Source: Macrostomum lignano | Lineage: Eukaryota | Length of the DNA stretch: 64,000 nt | Reading direction: 5' to 3' | Assembly: GCA_002269645.1 (NCBI GenBank) | Contig: NIVC01001588.1 | Coordinates: 62,001-126,000, forward strand | Shown: piece by piece, positions 60,413-64,000 of the stretch | How the letters are laid out: every line of letters starts with the position of its first letter | Position numbering within the stretch: the stretch's first letter is position 1 | Translations under genes and position numbers: made by a program | The notes under the pieces: generated by a model | Told to the model about the DNA's origin: nothing | What the model saw: only the letters and a program-made list of their open reading frames with translations | The model's database searches: none

Positions 60413-61997
60413 CATATTTTATTGTTGCATAGAGCTGTTGTATACAATAAACACTATACCATAACAGTGGTTTAAATGCAACTAGCAAAACAAGGATGCC
60501 TCTTAGCCTTGGGAGGCTAAACTTTCTTACACTTGTAGTAATACATCAAAAACTGCTTGCCAATTGCAATTTGACCTATTGGGCCTTGTAACTTGATAAG
60601 CTTAAATTTTAGAAAAATTTGCAAAAAAATTGCAAATACATTAATACATTTTTTTTAAGAAATTAAAGATACAAAAAAGTTGTGCAACCTGTTTTATTTT
60701 TATTGCTTGACCAATTTTCAAAAGTAAAGCATCTTTATTTTCATGCAAATGTCAATGAGATTTATGAAATGAAATAAAACTAAAAAATAACTTAAAAAAT
60801 CTTACTAGAATCCTAACCATAATGAGTTAAGCTTTAGAAACAAAATTGCAATAAGCATTTAAGCTTAGCAGAAAAAACTTTTAAATTTAAAGCAATGTTT
60901 TAAAAACAAAATCTTATAATGGGCCTAGACCAGGGCCTAATTGGCCTATTAGGTAGTAATATTAGGCCTATCTTTAAAAACTCTTGGATAGGCCTATAAT
61001 CTTTCTAGTTGCAATCTACATATTCTACATAGTATAATAGCAAGTCAATTTGCCAAAAGTCTATTGGCCAAGAGTTGATTTGCCTAACTAAAGCAGTTGT
61101 TTTGTTAAAAGTTTTGTAATATAAATCTATTGGAAATTAATCAATTTAAAGAATTGAACAAATGGACAAATAAACAAAGTCAAGGTAGCTAAAATGTGTT
61201 GAAGGTTAAATGTTAAAATGAAAAACATTAAAATTAGTCTTGTTTCCTTATTGTCATTGCACAATGGCCAAGGCCAATGCACTTGTAATCATTCATTAAA
61301 AAGTGTCTTTAAATACATATTTGCCATTTTGCCATTTTTGCCTATAAGTTTAAATACATATTTGCTTTTTTGTCTATAAGTAGGCAGTAGTTGAACATTA
61401 CAATTGCAATTACTACCATTTAAATGGGGCAATATATCATGTAAATGATTGTGAACAAAAGCTAAGGGGGTTATACTCTATCATTTCAAGTTCTAGAACT
61501 GTTTGTTAAAACAGATCCTATATATCCACTTTGGTTAACAATCATTTAAATGGCAGAAATACATACAAATGATTGTGAAACAAAGGTAAAGAGGTTTTGT
61601 TTTAGTATCATGATTGATGCTGTCTTGTTGACTTTAAAACTATTCACACATATAGTACAAATTAACAGTTTGACCACTGTAGCACTTCAGACTCAATTCC
61701 ATATGGTATATCTGTAGAGCTCTGTGGAGATAAGACAAATGAATTAGCATACTACATATGTCCTCACACTACCCCCTTTAGCTTTGGTTCACAATCATCT
61801 ACATGTATTTCTACCATTTAAATTATCATAAACCAAATGTCAAATAGACAATTAACTAATAATATAAGTGATTAGCAGGGTAGAAAAGAAGTAAAACAAA
61901 GGACAAAGACCAAAGCCACAAGTTGAACTTGTATTTATACAAATATCTAGCAAACAAGGCAGCTGAAATATCTGTAGTAAAGTAACAGTTATGATAG

Positions 61998-62354
61998 GAG
62001 GGCCGTAACCCAGCGGTAGCGCAGCTGCTCTGGTGTGCCGCGACCCAGGCTCGATTCCAAGTGCAGTCACATTAATTTGGGTCTGGATTGGAATCTTGGC
62101 TTGGCTCGCTTGTGCAATTAACGGCCTTGAAAGCCAACCCCCCAAGGCGCAGTGAAGTGTACATGCCTAACAATTGATAAAGTTAGGGCCGCTGTACACT
62201 CCTATGTGAGTGTGTGCCTGTGTAACATATCCGCACGCTTGTATGCCTGCTCAGGGGAGTTGGTGGAATGGGCAGTAATGCCTCTCGCCGGTTGTGTGCC
62301 AATGACGCTTAAATTGCGCCAGGATGCACACAACCCCCCTGCCTCTAATAAAAA
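61998..62354 (+). mobile_element. Full-length tRNA-derived SINE with a 14-bp target-site duplication
   Basis: TSD AACAGTTATGATAG at 61984-61997 and 62355-62368. Pol III A-box-like TAACCCAGCGGTA and B-box-like GGCTCGATTCC in the head; AATAAAA tail. Confidence 0.75.
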
Positions 62355-64000
62355 AACAGTTATGATAGTCTATGGGAAAAATCATGGTAAACAAAGTGAA
62401 TCGGCTAACTAAAAAGTATGAGACTGAATCGCAAAACAAAAAGTACAAATATTTAGAGGATAGAAATCTAACACCAAAGTAGATATATAGAATCTTTTTC
62501 AATAAATAGTTCTAGAACTTCAAATGATATCTAGAGTAAAACCGCTTTCACTTTGGTTTATGATCATCTACATGTATTTCTCCCATTTAAATGATTGTAA
62601 CTAAAGTGGATACATAAGATCCTCTCCTCTTTAACTTCAATAAACACTTTATTGATAAGAATATATTATGATTTTTTGTACCAATCAACAATCATTTCAT
62701 TTTACATATAGGCTATTTGGCATTGGATACCTTGATAGGCTAACTAAAAAAATATTGTAGTGACTAGGGCCTAGATTATTAGTTTAATATATTACTAAAA
62801 TGATATGTTTTGTTTTCATCTATCTTTCTAATAGGGATTGTCACAAATTTCAATAATTGTAAACCAAAGGAATGCCAAAAAAATTAGCACTAGGCCTAGC
62901 AGATAGAAATAAATATTATTATAAAATTGAGAGGGCCTATTAATAATGCAGTTAAAATAATTCTAAAAAAATCCAACTAGGAAAAATTAAACTCATAAAC
63001 TTTGTTTAAGCTTCAACATAAAGACCCTAGGGGCCTAATCCTATACTGCTTATTGGCCTGGCCATTATGACATTAGACAGCTATTATTATTTTAGTATCT
63101 AAACTGACTTTTGGCAAAGAATGATTTCAATGAATTGACTTTCAATAAAGGGATGTTTAGCTAAAATCATTTTTGAAAAAAGGTTTTTGGCAAATAATTT
63201 AGTATTCCAGTGCTCAGAGCTTGCTCAGGCAAGACACTGCTTAAAGTTAGACCTAGGCTAAGCGTAGCCTAATCTTAGAGTTCTTTTAGTTAGACTTAGG
63301 TTTTATTACTTAGCTATTAAAGAAAGAGTTAGCTAGAGACTTGTCATTTGAAAGTTTATACTATACTCTATAGTAGTAGTAAGTTTGGCTCAGGCAAGAA
63401 GCCTGTTTGCCAATATATTTCTGTGTATTTTAAGAATACTTCAGGAACAGAAGGCACTATTTTGTAGCATTAGTTATTTACTACTATTACAATAAACGAG
63501 TTTTGTGATATAGTTTTTGAAAGAACATGTAAATTTTGTTGACAAAACTTTGGACGACTAATGAGGTGAAAGAAAAAGCAAGGAGTTAAAAAAGTATTGC
63601 GTGAAGTTTATGTATGTAGTTGCCAATATTGTGCAAGACAGTTTAGCCTATAGGTTATAAAAATAAGTTATATAGGCCTAGATATTAATCAGGTGATAAC
63701 AAAATTGTATAAAATACAATATTTAAAAGAGCATATAGGATTTTTTTATGGTTTTACAGATGAACTATATGAACAAACAACAGAACGACAGGTAATTAAG
63801 AAGAGAGTTATAAAAACAGGTATCGTATGGCTTTGATGCCAAACAATGGTTCATCCAAAATGCAATAGATATGCATGCATTAATCTGTCAATGAAAAATA
63901 TTAAGTATAAGGATTGCTCATAAATAAAATTTGGCAATTATTGTAAACTTGTAAATATACTGTTTGGAGGCCTAAAAAAGGACAAAAAAACCAGCAACTT

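Noticed and set aside
61998-62075. tRNA gene
   Set aside because: A/B boxes are present but I could not fold a cloverleaf, and the sequence is bounded by a TSD with a tail, so it is a SINE head.
61380-62620. Recurrent CATTTAAATG / ACAATCAT motifs suggesting an old foldback element
   Set aside because: Too degenerate and AT-rich to define boundaries by eye.

Overview
Eukaryotic nuclear DNA, not prokaryotic. It has GC-rich spliceosomal exons, AT-rich intergenic DNA and introns filled with minisatellites. The style, plus a flatworm-type spliced-leader (SL) sequence at 20876-20917, points to a Macrostomum-like flatworm (inference). Eight intron-containing genes can be rebuilt by hand from splice sites and frame: a WD40-like/SOCS-box protein (+), a DEG/ENaC channel (+), two tandem ABHD4-like hydrolases (-), AP-1 gamma adaptin (+), a polyQ C2H2 zinc-finger protein (+), an RNF8-like FHA-RING ligase with a C-terminal CCHC knuckle (-) and SDHB (-). 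Most long ORFs in the supplied track are translations of tandem repeats and are not genes. Mobile DNA includes a decayed APE-RT (RTE-like) LINE with a complete SL exon fused to its 5' end, a full-length tRNA-derived SINE with a 14-bp target duplication, a MITE-like family carrying a piece of 28S rRNA, and a Merlin/ISXO2-like transposase remnant. Top leads: the SL-capped retrotransposon; an AP1G1 first exon with no AUG that lines up in frame with the SL's terminal AUG; a GC-AG intron packed with roughly 130 decoy GTAAGA donors; the 28S-bearing MITEs; and an ENaC gene bracketed by inverted, related minisatellites. Repeat boundaries and copy numbers are approximate, and family assignments come from motif recognition without database searches.
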